The notes under the pieces were generated by a model. It made no database searches, was not told the origin of the DNA, and saw only the letters and a list, made by a program, of their open reading frames with translations. Position numbers and translations under genes: made by a program. A stretch of DNA of 64,000 nucleotides from Octopus sinensis (taxonomy: Eukaryota), in NCBI RefSeq assembly GCF_006345805.1, contig NC_043022.1, positions 21,576,001-21,640,000 of the forward strand, read 5' to 3'. Positions 63,515-64,000 of this stretch are shown here, in pieces. Within the stretch, counting starts at the first letter, position 1; each line of letters begins with the position of its first letter.

Positions 63515-63836
63515 TAGTAGAAGACACTTGCACAAGGCCCTGCACAGTGGATTGAACCTACGACCAAGTGCTTGGGAAGTGAACTTCTTAATCATACAGC
63601 CACATTTGCACACACACACATATAGATCAGGTGTGGCTGTGTGGTAAGAAGCTTGCTTCTCAACCACATGGTTCTAGGTTCAGTCCCACTGCATGGCACA
63701 TTGAGTGCAGGGATATTTTTGCCTATAAACCAGCCAAATGGTATAAGTATGGAATTGAGTTTCTAGCACAATGATGGCAACATACAATAGAATATGATGG
63801 GATATATTTTGGTGAATAAACGCTTTTTAAGGGTAA

Positions 63837-64000
63837 CTAGCAGTATCGCCCGGCGTTGCTCGGGTTTGTAAGGGAAATAACTATATAAGCATTTTTAGAG
63901 AGTTATAGCAAAAAAATAGCAAAAAAATGCATTAAAAATGGGGAAAAAATAATGGTAAATTTTTTTTAAATTGTTGACTCATCGTAGACATTTTTAGAGA
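63837..64000 (-). mobile_element. 3' end of a Helitron of the same family as 14889-15379; runs off the right edge
   Basis: A-CTAG-CAGTATCGCCCGGCGTTGCTCGGG is the reverse complement of 15352-15380. Confidence 0.88.

Overview
AT-rich, microsatellite-laden eukaryotic DNA that is mostly repeats. The SINE/MITE repertoire is the one I recognise from Octopus (coleoid cephalopod) genomes; this is recognition, not a database result. Bases 1-5651 are a 44-bp (2x22-bp) satellite with ~2.4-2.5-kb higher-order structure. The rest is a mosaic of at least four tRNA-derived SINE families with shuffled heads and tails (my labels A-D), TTAA-flanked piggyBac-type MITEs, Tc1/mariner and hAT MITEs, non-autonomous Helitrons, relics of CR1, RTE and RLE-type LINEs, and several foldback palindromes. 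I cannot support any protein-coding gene with confidence: nearly all listed ORFs come from SINEs or microsatellites, and I give only a few low-confidence candidate exons. No rRNA, real tRNA gene or CRISPR array. The best find is a minimal type-I hammerhead ribozyme with a complete catalytic core (60832-60874, Penelope-like-element type). It sits at the centre of a perfect 108-bp inverted repeat that could lock it off, and decayed relatives lie at ~49.5 kb and ~53 kb. Coordinates were read by eye; repeat boundaries may be off by a few bases.
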